Assembly: GCA_964293235.1 (NCBI GenBank)
Contig: CAXYYW010000001.1
Coordinates: forward strand, 1-27,101
DNA from: an uncultured bacterium
GTDB lineage: Bacteria; Patescibacteriota; Saccharimonadia; Saccharimonadales; Saccharimonadaceae
Direction: 5' to 3'
Length of the DNA stretch: 27,101 bases
Shown: one piece after another, positions 1 through 8,016 of the stretch
How the letters are laid out: every line of letters starts with the position of its first letter
Numbering within the stretch: position 1 is the stretch's first letter
Position numbers and translations under genes: made by a program
Notes under the pieces: model-generated
The model's input: the letters and a program-made list of their open reading frames with translations, nothing else
Databases searched by the model: none
What the model was told of the DNA's origin: nothing

Positions 1-2
1 GC

Positions 3-482
3 CTGTACCCTCAGCAGCTACGTGAGAAACAGAAGGTTCGTCGTTTGTACGGCCTCCTCGAGAAACAATTCTCACTGCTCATGAAAGAAGCAACCCGAAC
101 CGAAGGTAAATCAGGTGAAGTCCTCTTACAGCTCCTTGAGCGTCGCATAGACAATGCCATTTACCGCTCAGGATTTGCGCTGTCACGTCGCGCTGCTCGT
201 CAGCTCGTCAGCCACGGCCACTTCATGCTGAATGACCGACGCGTTGATATTCCATCAATCCGCCTCAAAGCCGGTGATGTTATCACCGTTCGCCCAAAGA
301 GCGTTAACAGTGGTTACTTCAAAGGACTTGATGAAATCATCAAGGACGCAAACCAACCAAGCTTCGGCTGGTTAAAGAGTGACCCAAAGAAAATGACCAT
401 CACAGTTACTGGTTTGCCAGCTCGAAGCGAAGCAGAAGCTGACATCAATGAACAATTAATCGTTGAGTACTACTCACGCTAA
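3..482 (+). CDS. rpsD: 30S ribosomal protein S4 (5' truncated by window edge)
   Basis: The frame is open from base 3 (LYPQQLREKQKVRRLYG). It carries LLERRIDNAIYRSGFA and the S4 RNA-binding motif ARQLVSHGH, and lies directly upstream of rpoA. Confidence 0.98.
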   Translation: MYPQQLREKQKVRRLYGLLEKQFSLLMKEATRTEGKSGEVLLQLLERRIDNAIYRSGFALSRRAARQLVSHGHFMLNDRRVDIPSIRLKAGDVITVRPKSVNSGYFKGLDEIIKDANQPSFGWLKSDPKKMTITVTGLPARSEAEADINEQLIVEYYSR

Positions 483-502
483 ATAAGGGAAGGGCAAGTA
501 CA

Positions 503-1426
503 ATGTCACAAGCAATTCACAATCCAACTCTGGCCAGCGTCGACGAACACAGCGCCACGAGCGCATCATTCGTCATCGAGCCACTTCACACCGGCTACGG
601 CATGACACTCGGCAATAGCTTACGACGAGTTCTTCTCTCGAGCGTTCAGGGTGCTGCTATCACGTCATTCCGCGTCGAAGGCGTCACTCACGAGTTCACG
701 ACCGTTCCTGGTATCGTCGAAGATGTCGTTGATATCATGCTGAACATCAAGGCTATCCGCCTCCGCTCAGCCAGCGACGAACCAGTTGAAGTCAGTCTCG
801 AGAAAAAAGGCGCCGGTACCGTTACTGCAGGCGATATTAAACTCACCGCCGATGTCGAAGTTGTCAATCCAGACGCAGTCATCTGCACCATAGACGACCC
901 GAAAGCTTCTATAAAGATACATTTCGTCGTCGAGTCAGGCCGCGGCTATCGCACACTTGAAGAGTCAAGCAACAAGCGCATCCATAGCGATATGATTGCA
1001 CTCGATGCCTTCTTCAGCCCGGTGCAGCGCGTCCGCTACAAGGTTGAGAAGACTCGTGTCGGCCAAAACACCGACCTCGACAAACTCATTATTACAGTCG
1101 ACACTGACGGCTCGATTGCACCAAAAGACGCATTTGAAGAAGCCGCCGCTATACTCGTCAACCAATACACCGCGCTTGCAGGTTCAACAACCGTTGAGGC
1201 TGCTCCAAGCCTTATTGGTGACGATGACGATGCAAGCAATAAACTCATGATGCCTATCGAAGAAATGGGGCTCAGCGCTCGCACAACGAACGCGCTCATC
1301 AACAACGATATCCGCACTATAAACGACCTCGTAACCCTGAGCGAAACAGATCTTCGTGAACTCAAGGGCTTTGGCAGCAAAGCACTCGACGAAGTAAAGG
1401 ACGCTCTCGCGGGGATGGAGTTCTAG
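503..1426 (+). CDS. rpoA: DNA-directed RNA polymerase subunit alpha
   Basis: Motifs EPLHTGYGMTLGNSLRRVLLSS, HEFTTVPGIVEDV and alpha-CTD LSARTTNAL...KGFGSKALDEV; canonical S4-alpha-L17 order. Confidence 0.99.
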   Translation: MSQAIHNPTLASVDEHSATSASFVIEPLHTGYGMTLGNSLRRVLLSSVQGAAITSFRVEGVTHEFTTVPGIVEDVVDIMLNIKAIRLRSASDEPVEVSLEKKGAGTVTAGDIKLTADVEVVNPDAVICTIDDPKASIKIHFVVESGRGYRTLEESSNKRIHSDMIALDAFFSPVQRVRYKVEKTRVGQNTDLDKLIITVDTDGSIAPKDAFEEAAAILVNQYTALAGSTTVEAAPSLIGDDDDASNKLMMPIEEMGLSARTTNALINNDIRTINDLVTLSETDLRELKGFGSKALDEVKDALAGMEF

Positions 1427-1429
1427 CCT

Positions 1430-1975
1430 ATGCATCGACACGGATATAAAGGTCGTAAATTCGGCCGTGAGACCGACCAGCGTCGCGCCCTTCTCAAAGG
1501 GCTTGCGACCAGCCTGTTCGTCTACGGTTCTATAGAAACGACTATTCAGAAAGCAAAGGAAGTTGTTCCGTACGCGGAAAAGCTTATCACCAAAGCGAAG
1601 CGCGGTGATCTGCACAACCGCCGTCAGGTTATAGCTGGCCTTTCAACGCCCGACGCCGCTCAAAAGCTTGTCGATGAGATTGCGCCAAAGCTTTCAGGAC
1701 GCACGAGTGGGCACCTTCGCATAGAACGAACTCGCTTGCGAGTCGGTGACAACGCCCAAATGGCGCGCATTAGCTTCGTTGACGACCTACAGGGCGCCGC
1801 GAAGACTGAAAAGGCCGAGAAGCACGAGACGCCAAAGGCTGAAGTTAAGACTGCACACGATCCTAAGAAAGCAAGCACGACTGCAAAGGCAGCAGCTCCA
1901 AAGACCGTTAAGGCCGAGGACAAGCATTTGTCACACAAGCCAGCCGTGACTGTCAGAAAGAGCGCGGAGCGCTAA
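1430..1975 (+). CDS. rplQ: 50S ribosomal protein L17 with Lys/Ala-rich C-terminal extension
   Basis: MHRHGYKGRKFGR, IETTIQKAKE, RLRVGDNAQMA; about 60 aa low-complexity K/A/E/T tail. Confidence 0.98.
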   Translation: MHRHGYKGRKFGRETDQRRALLKGLATSLFVYGSIETTIQKAKEVVPYAEKLITKAKRGDLHNRRQVIAGLSTPDAAQKLVDEIAPKLSGRTSGHLRIERTRLRVGDNAQMARISFVDDLQGAAKTEKAEKHETPKAEVKTAHDPKKASTTAKAAAPKTVKAEDKHLSHKPAVTVRKSAER

Positions 1976-1976
1976 T

Positions 1977-2408
1977 ATGAAGACGTTTTCACTAAAACAG
2001 GCTGATATTTCCCGCAAATGGGTAGTCGTTGATGCCTCTGAGGCGCCTCTTGGCCGCCTTGCGACATTTATTGCGACTCGTTTGACCGGTAAATACAAGC
2101 CGACCTTCACGCCACACGTTGACGATGGTGACTATGTTGTCGTCGTAAACGCAGACAAGCTTATTGTGACTGGCAATAAAGAGACCGCAAAGGTTTACTA
2201 CCGTCACAGTAGCTACCCAGGTGGCCTCAAGGAGCGCACACTCAAAGAAGCGCGTGAGCTCAATTCTGCTCAGATTATCGAAAAAGCAGTCAAGGGCATG
2301 GTTCCTAAGAACAAGCTTGCTGCTGAGCGCATGGCACGTCTCCGCGTCTTTGGTGGCGCTGAACACACCCATGAAGCACAGAAACCAGTCAAACTGGAGG
2401 TCAAATAA
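1977..2408 (+). CDS. rplM: 50S ribosomal protein L13
   Basis: WVVVDA..PLGRLA, KPTFTPHVDDGDYVVVVNA, YYRHSSYPGGLK. Confidence 0.99.
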   Translation: MKTFSLKQADISRKWVVVDASEAPLGRLATFIATRLTGKYKPTFTPHVDDGDYVVVVNADKLIVTGNKETAKVYYRHSSYPGGLKERTLKEARELNSAQIIEKAVKGMVPKNKLAAERMARLRVFGGAEHTHEAQKPVKLEVK

Positions 2409-2409
2409 T

Positions 2410-2811
2410 ATGGCAAAGTCAAATGATTACTTCTACGGCCTTGGTCGTCGCAAGAGCGCGACAGCCCGTGCCCGCCTCATAGGTGGCAAGGGTGCTATCG
2501 TTATCAACGGCAAGCCTGCTGAGGAATACCTCGACGGTAACACAACACTTCTCGCCGAACTCACCGACCCACTCGCCCTCATAGGCAAGCAGAAAGAGTT
2601 CGACGTCAGTCTCGTTATCAGCGGTGGCGGTACCAGCGGCCAAGTCGACGCAGCCAAGAGTGCTATAGCAAAAGCTATCGCCGAGATGGACGAAACGCAG
2701 CGTGGTACGCTAAAGAAAGCCGGACTCATGAAGCGTGATCCTCGTGAAAAGGAACGCAAGAAGTACGGTCTTCGCTCGGCTCGCAAGCGCGAACAGTTCT
2801 CAAAGCGTTAG
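2410..2811 (+). CDS. rpsI: 30S ribosomal protein S9
   Basis: Start is the ATG at 2410, 1 nt after the rplM stop with GGAGGT upstream, not the ORF-track 2221. YGLGRRKSATAR, GGGTSGQ, RDPREKERKKYGLRSARKREQFSKR. Confidence 0.99.
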   Translation: MAKSNDYFYGLGRRKSATARARLIGGKGAIVINGKPAEEYLDGNTTLLAELTDPLALIGKQKEFDVSLVISGGGTSGQVDAAKSAIAKAIAEMDETQRGTLKKAGLMKRDPREKERKKYGLRSARKREQFSKR

Positions 2812-2826
2812 AAGTCGCAATACAAC

Positions 2827-2859
2827 ACAACAACGGCCTCGAACAGAGGTCGTTGTTGT
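2827..2859. terminator. Probable bidirectional intrinsic terminator
   Basis: ACAACAACGGCCTC-GAACA-GAGGTCGTTGTTGT: 14-bp stem with one G-T pair, between convergent rpsI and the 66-aa ORF. Confidence 0.8.
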
Positions 2860-3059
2860 TAGTTGAGCGCTATCCAGCCCATGGCCCGCCTCACAAGTTC
2901 TGGTGACGGGTCTTTTTCCGGTTTCGGGTATAAAAAACGCCGCTCATACTGAGCGGCTTGGGTGAGAACTGCTTCAATCATTTCGGGCGGCGGCATGTGT
3001 ATATCGACTGCCGACCTATCTATATTCGATACTGGGGGAGCGTTCGTGTCATATTCCAT
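2859..3059 (-). CDS. Small hypothetical protein (66 aa)
   Basis: GGAGGT lies 3 nt upstream of the ATG. It has its own consensus promoter and ends in the terminator hairpin. No family recognised. Confidence 0.65.
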   Translation of the reverse strand: MEYDTNAPPVSNIDRSAVDIHMPPPEMIEAVLTQAAQYERRFLYPKPEKDPSPELVRRAMGWIALN

Positions 3060-3076
3060 AGCACCTCCATACTTTC

Positions 3077-3105
3077 ATTGTAGCATAAACGCCATGTGTT
3101 GTCAA
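3077..3105 (-). promoter_or_regulatory. Sigma70-type promoter for the 66-aa ORF
   Basis: Minus strand TTGACA (3105-3100), 17-nt spacer, TACAAT (3082-3077) preceded by TGn (extended -10). Confidence 0.75.
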
Positions 3106-3164
3106 CATTCCATGAAACAAAATAATCTAGTTTTCAAGTGCTGCCTCTGTTATACTAAATCAAA

Positions 3165-3908
3165 ATGTTTGAGAAGTTAGAGGTAAATGCCCTGAAGCCC
3201 ATCGCGTCTTATCTTAGACCTGATTTGGTTATCGACAAGGCCCATAATCTAACTGTCGACGCGCTTGATACGCTTCACGAGACAAAGCCTGTGGGACTTA
3301 TCATATTTGATGTTGACAGCACACTTGAAGATTATTGGCGCAAAAAGGAACCTAATGATCCGGATCAAAAGCTACTGGCAGAAACGATTGAATTATTAGA
3401 GAGACTACGCTCCGCAGGCTTTACACTAGCCATTGCATCAAACTGTGACGACGTGCGCGGAGAAGAATTGAAGCGGATATTTAAGGGCCTGGTTGACGTT
3501 ATTGCCACCCCAAAAGACGCACGTGAACACGGGGCACGCTGGGGGAAGAAGCCCACAACCGGTATGTATGAGTATATCCAGATAGCCCTGAGTGAGAGGA
3601 AGAACATGAACCTAAGGTTTAGTCCTTCGCAGACGCTTATGGTAGGAGACCAGCTACTAAAGGATGTCTTGTTTGGTAGGCGTGCACATGTTAAGACTAT
3701 CCTCACTGACAAATTCGGTGAACATGACCATCCTAGCGTAGAGAAATACCAACGTGAGCATGAGAGAAGGCTACTCCTGGCCATGGGGCTCTCCGCCGTT
3801 GATGGACAAGTGGTATTCCCAAGCAAACTCACTCCAACGAAAGAATGGGTCAAAGCACAATCTGGACTTATTCTCCCGGCCGAGTTAGCGGAAACAGATG
3901 AATATTGA
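3165..3908 (+). CDS. HAD-superfamily hydrolase, YqeG-like (subfamily IIIA)
   Basis: HAD motifs IIFDVDSTL (DxD), IASN, KKP, MVGDQLLKDVLFG. Confidence 0.85.
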   Translation: MFEKLEVNALKPIASYLRPDLVIDKAHNLTVDALDTLHETKPVGLIIFDVDSTLEDYWRKKEPNDPDQKLLAETIELLERLRSAGFTLAIASNCDDVRGEELKRIFKGLVDVIATPKDAREHGARWGKKPTTGMYEYIQIALSERKNMNLRFSPSQTLMVGDQLLKDVLFGRRAHVKTILTDKFGEHDHPSVEKYQREHERRLLLAMGLSAVDGQVVFPSKLTPTKEWVKAQSGLILPAELAETDEY

Positions 3909-3941
3909 GGCATCTCGCGAAGTCAGGGTACAATAGAACAC

Positions 3942-4361
3942 ATGAGAATTTTTTACACTGATGGTTCGGCGAGCCCGAATCCTGGCCCTGGAGGCTACGC
4001 TGTTATAGAAAACGGCAAACCTATCGCTCTCGGCAGCGAGAACGGCGAAACAACGAACATCCGCATGGAAGGCATGGCGCTTATACAGGCACTCAAACTA
4101 GCTGGTGACGAAGAGGTCACTATACATACCGACAGCGAGTTTTGGATAAATGTTATCACCAAATGGGCGCCCGGTTGGGAAGCAAAAGGCTGGAAAAAGT
4201 CCGGCGGCCCCATAAAAAACCTCGACATCGTCCAGGAAGTCTACGCGCTCTTTCATCACAGCCGCGCCGTTCTCACCTGGGTACGCGGCCATGAGGGCGA
4301 CGAAGGCAATGAAGCAGCTGACGAGTGGGCTAACAAAGCCCGCGAAGGCGCGAGGCTATAG
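3942..4361 (+). CDS. rnhA: Ribonuclease HI
   Basis: YTDGSASPNPGPGG, TTNIRME, HTDSE, WVRGH..GNEAADEWA; all four acidic catalytic residues are present. Confidence 0.96.
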   Translation: MRIFYTDGSASPNPGPGGYAVIENGKPIALGSENGETTNIRMEGMALIQALKLAGDEEVTIHTDSEFWINVITKWAPGWEAKGWKKSGGPIKNLDIVQEVYALFHHSRAVLTWVRGHEGDEGNEAADEWANKAREGARL

Positions 4362-4428
4362 GTTATTCTACGTAGGCTGCCCGACGAAGCTTCTGTCAGA
4401 TAAATAGTACTAGCATTGTCTTGCAGTC

Positions 4429-4449
4429 TTGCAGGGTTCAACCCTGCAA
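4429..4449. repeat. Perfect intergenic palindrome (REP-like hairpin)
   Basis: TTGCAGGGTT-C-AACCCTGCAA, 10-bp arms; as a hairpin it is an 8-bp stem with a TTCAA/TTGAA loop. Confidence 0.7.
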
Positions 4450-4511
4450 AGAGGAATTGAGGCAGGATTTCGTCATTGCGAAGGCTATTGAGATTCAATA
4501 TACTAAGAAAA

Positions 4512-5171
4512 ATGCCAAAAAAATCACCAAAAAACAGAGATCACAGACTATATACGTTTTTCTATCTATTGCTTTGTATTTTAGCGTGGTGGGTCATTTG
4601 GATTAGCACCCAAGCTTTGTTTATAGTCGATGTCCCATTTTTGAGCGACTTCCTGCTTCGATCAGAAAATACTACGACAAATTTCGCAATTTTGACGGCA
4701 TGGATATGCACTACTGGTCTAATCGCCACTCTTCTCTGGTCGCGCTGCTCAAACGGTGACTTCTCATTTCTTAAAACGCCGCGTTGGCGATGGGTCGTGA
4801 TTGGATACGTACCGATTTTTATCGCCGCAATTATCATCACAGTTGCGCGTGAGCCGTTCGGCATTCCAGGTTGGCTGTGGGCACCTAGCCTGCTCGTTAC
4901 AACCTTTTATCAAGATATCTTAACTTTCGGATTCTTACAAACGTCGCTAGAAAAGCGATTGCGTCCGTTAACTGCCGCACTACTGACAGCGTTCGTGTTC
5001 TTTGCTGGGCATTTCTGGCTTGTAGGCAACGCGCCGTCATTCCTTGACCCGCAGGTCTATCTGTTCGCCATTGGTTTTCCAGTTATGGCATTCTTACGCT
5101 ATAAAACGAAAACCATCTATGTAACAAATATGCTCCACAGCGCTTTTCATATATTCTCAGGGCTTATGTAA
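4512..5171 (+). CDS. CPBP (CAAX protease/Abi) family membrane protein, degenerate motif 1
   Basis: Multi-TM protein with QDILTFGFL (cf. EExxFRG), FFAGH (FxxxH) and HSAFH (HxxxN). ATG 4512 is preferred over TTG 4476 because TATACT lies 7 nt upstream. Confidence 0.7.
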   Translation: MPKKSPKNRDHRLYTFFYLLLCILAWWVIWISTQALFIVDVPFLSDFLLRSENTTTNFAILTAWICTTGLIATLLWSRCSNGDFSFLKTPRWRWVVIGYVPIFIAAIIITVAREPFGIPGWLWAPSLLVTTFYQDILTFGFLQTSLEKRLRPLTAALLTAFVFFAGHFWLVGNAPSFLDPQVYLFAIGFPVMAFLRYKTKTIYVTNMLHSAFHIFSGLM

Positions 5172-5180
5172 TTTCCCAAC

Positions 5181-5201
5181 CTAAAAGGATGAACCTTTTA
5201 G
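5181..5201. terminator. Hairpin between convergent genes (terminator and/or REP-like element)
   Basis: CTAAAAGG-ATGAA-CCTTTTAG, perfect 8-bp stem. Confidence 0.65.
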
Positions 5202-5206
5202 ATGAG

Positions 5207-5383
5207 TTACTCTACATAGCCCGCTTGACGTAATTTCCAGTAGATAAATATCCCTATAAAACCGCCGACAACAGAGCCGAATATACTCGAAAAGTCCATC
5301 ATGCTCGCCCCAAACAGCGTCGGCACCCATGCGCCAATAGTTCCAGCAACACCGATGATGATATACATAAGTGCTTTTGACAT
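5207..5383 (-). CDS. Small two-helix membrane protein (58 aa)
   Basis: MSKALMYIIIGVAGTIGAWVPTLFG...FIYWKL; two Gly-rich hydrophobic segments. TATACT lies 6 nt upstream of ATG 5383. Confidence 0.7.
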   Translation of the reverse strand: MSKALMYIIIGVAGTIGAWVPTLFGASMMDFSSIFGSVVGGFIGIFIYWKLRQAGYVE

Positions 5384-5453
5384 AGGTCTAGTATACACCC
5401 ATAAAACGCCTATGCTTTGAATCATTCTGCGTCTGGAATATAATCAGGGAATT

Positions 5454-6044
5454 ATGGCAAATCCAGAACAATCACAGGTGGGACGAATCAAGGAGACGCT
5501 TCGAATAGTTGATCCACTCAGAAGAACCACAGTTTTCGGTACGGCGGGAATAGCGTTACATCTTGCTCCGTATGAATGGCCAGCGAAGTAAGTTTCTGAT
5601 GCCGCCCTAATGACTGATACCTCTCAGTTTTATTTTATGCGCGCAAGGTTAGAGAGGGACCCGTACATTTCGAGAGTCGCTCTTAATCAAGAACGTAATG
5701 AATATAAAATTCCGATTGGTGAAGCGAAGCTGGATATAGTGCCCAAGGAACAGTTTGGACTACTCCCAGTGAATGTCGTTTCAGGCATTCAAGACAATCA
5801 ATACCCTATGAGTTGGCACGAAGCTTATGGACAGAGGGTTGAAGCTGGGGGCGAGTTTACCCTACCACTGGAAACGTTGTTGATGTGGAAAATTATGGCT
5901 GGGCGTGACAAAGATATCGCCGCCGTTGAACTTCTGACTAACTTCGCTTCACTCAATGGACTTATAAAGTTATCGGCGGCAAGAGGCTTGCGAGAGGCAA
6001 TTGAGTCTCAGCGCGCATTCCAGACCCCGGCTGAAGTCAAATAA
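5454..6044 (+). pseudogene. Nucleotidyltransferase-like gene interrupted by in-frame TAA at 5589-5591
   Basis: ATG 5454 (TATAAT upstream) is in the same frame as ORF 5610..6044. The joined product has TVFGTAGIALHL...K*VSDAAL and a C-terminal LETLLMWKIMAGRDKD, resembling minimal pol-beta-fold NTase families. Confidence 0.6.
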
Positions 6045-6079
6045 GATATATAACCATTTATGAGATATAATAGTCTTTG

Positions 6080-7171
6080 ATGAAAGACGTTATCTTGACT
6101 GGCATTCGTGCCAACAATGACCTGCATATCGGCAACTATTTTGGGGCAATGCTGCCTATCATAGACATGGCGAAGAGTAAGGCTGACGAGTATCAGGTCA
6201 ATATGTTTATACCTGACTTGCACAGCTTCACGACACCTGTTGAGTATGGCAAACCGCTTCACGATGCCATACTGAACAACGCGCGCGTTTTTGCCGCTGC
6301 TGGCCTGCCGTTCGATAACGATAACATAAACCTCTACCGTCAGAGTTACATACCCGCTCATAGTGAAATGACATGGATTCTTGATTGCTTCACTGGTTTC
6401 GGTGAGATGAGCAGAATGACGCAGTTTAAAGATAAATCAAAAACTTTCACGGAACATATGGGAGCAGAGGAGTACAACCCCTCGCGCGAGGTAGATATAA
6501 CAGGCCTACAAAGGCAATTCGTTTCAGTCGGTCTCTTTAACTATCCTATCCTTATGGCCGCAGATATCTTACTCTACGGGGCGAAATACGTGCCGGTAGG
6601 GGAAGACCAGACGCAGCACCTTGAGTTTACACGCGATATCGCAGAGCGCATGAACAGCAAGTTTGGTGAGCTTTTCGTCGTACCTGAGCCGGTCAAGAAG
6701 CAGCACGAATTTTTCGGCAAAGATCAGGGCCTCCGTATAAAAGACTTGCTCGACCCGAGCAAAAAGATGAGCAAGAGCGACGACACTGGCGCGGGTGTTA
6801 TATTCCTGAGCGACAGCCCTGAAGATGCAAAGAAAAAGATTATGCGCGCGACAACTGACAGTGAGGCGCATGTCCGTTATGACAAGGAAAAGCAGCCGGG
6901 TATAGCAAACCTCATAGACATACTCGCACTCCTACGCGGCGCAAAACCGGGTGATGTGGCGGCTCAGTACGAAGGTATGGAGAGATACGGTGAGTTCAAA
7001 GGCATTGTCGCGGACGAAATGGCGAAATTCCTCGAAGAGTTCCAAAAGAACCTCGCTGCAGTTGACGATACCGCTGTTCTCGCAAAGCTTGAGAAATCAG
7101 AAACGGCTATGAACGCTCAAGCAAACGAAACACTGCTCCGCGTCCAAAAAGCCGTTGGCCTCCGCGCATGA
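6080..7171 (+). CDS. trpS: Tryptophanyl-tRNA synthetase
   Basis: TGIRAN..HIGNY (HIGH), MTQFKDK, YPILMAADILLY, VPVGEDQTQH, KMSKS. Confidence 0.98.
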   Translation: MKDVILTGIRANNDLHIGNYFGAMLPIIDMAKSKADEYQVNMFIPDLHSFTTPVEYGKPLHDAILNNARVFAAAGLPFDNDNINLYRQSYIPAHSEMTWILDCFTGFGEMSRMTQFKDKSKTFTEHMGAEEYNPSREVDITGLQRQFVSVGLFNYPILMAADILLYGAKYVPVGEDQTQHLEFTRDIAERMNSKFGELFVVPEPVKKQHEFFGKDQGLRIKDLLDPSKKMSKSDDTGAGVIFLSDSPEDAKKKIMRATTDSEAHVRYDKEKQPGIANLIDILALLRGAKPGDVAAQYEGMERYGEFKGIVADEMAKFLEEFQKNLAAVDDTAVLAKLEKSETAMNAQANETLLRVQKAVGLRA

Positions 7172-8016
7172 GACTTGATGCATATATGGCAGAGTATTGG
7201 CCAGAATACTCCCGTTCAACATGGCAAAAATACATAGAAATGGGCGTCGTTGAGGTAAACGGTGAGATCGTTACATCTGTTCGTTACAAACTTGGCGAAG
7301 ATGACGAAGTAACCATCCAAATGCTACCAGTAGCGTCATTTGACGAAGAAACGCTACCTGTAGTGTACGAAGACGAGCACGTCGTGGTCATAAATAAGCC
7401 CGCTGGAGTGCTTACGCACGCAAAAGGCGCGCTGACAGAAGAGTTCAGCGTCGCCGAGTTTGTGCGGCCGAAGATGACCGAGCCTGACGAGACAAATCGT
7501 CCAGGCATAGTCCACCGGCTCGACAGAGCGACAAGTGGTATCATCATAGCCGCAAAAGATAACAAGACAAAACGGCTACTGCAGAAGCAATTCCAGGACA
7601 GGAAGGCTCACAAGACCTACATAGCCGTCGTGAAGGGAACTCCGAAGCATCCTGAAGCGAAGATTGACCTGCCTATAGGCCGAAACCCGAAAGCGCCAAG
7701 CAGCTTCCGCGTCGATGCCAAGGGCAAGCCCGCTGTGACGACCTACAAAACACTTGCAAGTAACGGCACGTACAGCGTTATTGAACTAAAGCCTGAGACC
7801 GGCCGAACGCATCAGCTCAGAGTGCATCTCGCATACATAGGTTGCCCAATAGTCGGCGATACGCTCTATAACGGCAGCAAAAGCCCCATAGGTCGCATGT
7901 GCTTGCATGCAAAAGAACTTGAGATAACCATACCTGTCAGCCAGCGCAAGACGTTTGAAGCACCACTCCCTGATGACTTAGCGAAGTTTGTCGAGGAAAT
8001 TAGGCATGAAGCTTAG
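7168..8016 (+). CDS. rluD: RluA/RluD-family 23S rRNA pseudouridine synthase with S4 domain
   Basis: N-terminal S4-like RLD...SR; NKPAG, HRLDRATSG (catalytic Asp), TGRTHQLRVH, GCPIVGD; ATGA overlap with trpS. Confidence 0.9.
   Translation: MRLDAYMAEYWPEYSRSTWQKYIEMGVVEVNGEIVTSVRYKLGEDDEVTIQMLPVASFDEETLPVVYEDEHVVVINKPAGVLTHAKGALTEEFSVAEFVRPKMTEPDETNRPGIVHRLDRATSGIIIAAKDNKTKRLLQKQFQDRKAHKTYIAVVKGTPKHPEAKIDLPIGRNPKAPSSFRVDAKGKPAVTTYKTLASNGTYSVIELKPETGRTHQLRVHLAYIGCPIVGDTLYNGSKSPIGRMCLHAKELEITIPVSQRKTFEAPLPDDLAKFVEEIRHEA

Noticed and set aside
1790-1975. Lys/Ala-rich L17 tail as a repeat or fused domain
   Set aside because: Low-complexity L17 extensions are common in several phyla; no discrete nucleotide repeat unit.
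2221-2409. N-terminal extension of S9 given by the ORF track
   Set aside because: It overlaps rplM out of frame; S9 homology and an SD begin at ATG 2410.
5589-5591. Stop-codon reassignment (code 25) explaining the split gene
   Set aside because: The internal stop is TAA, and TGA terminates trpS, GT4 and GH15 at their expected ends, so code 11 applies.
6480-6491. 12-bp palindrome CCTCGCGCGAGG inside the TrpRS insertion
   Set aside because: Several palindromes of this size are expected by chance in 27 kb, and it does not share the GG-WTGAA-CC core.
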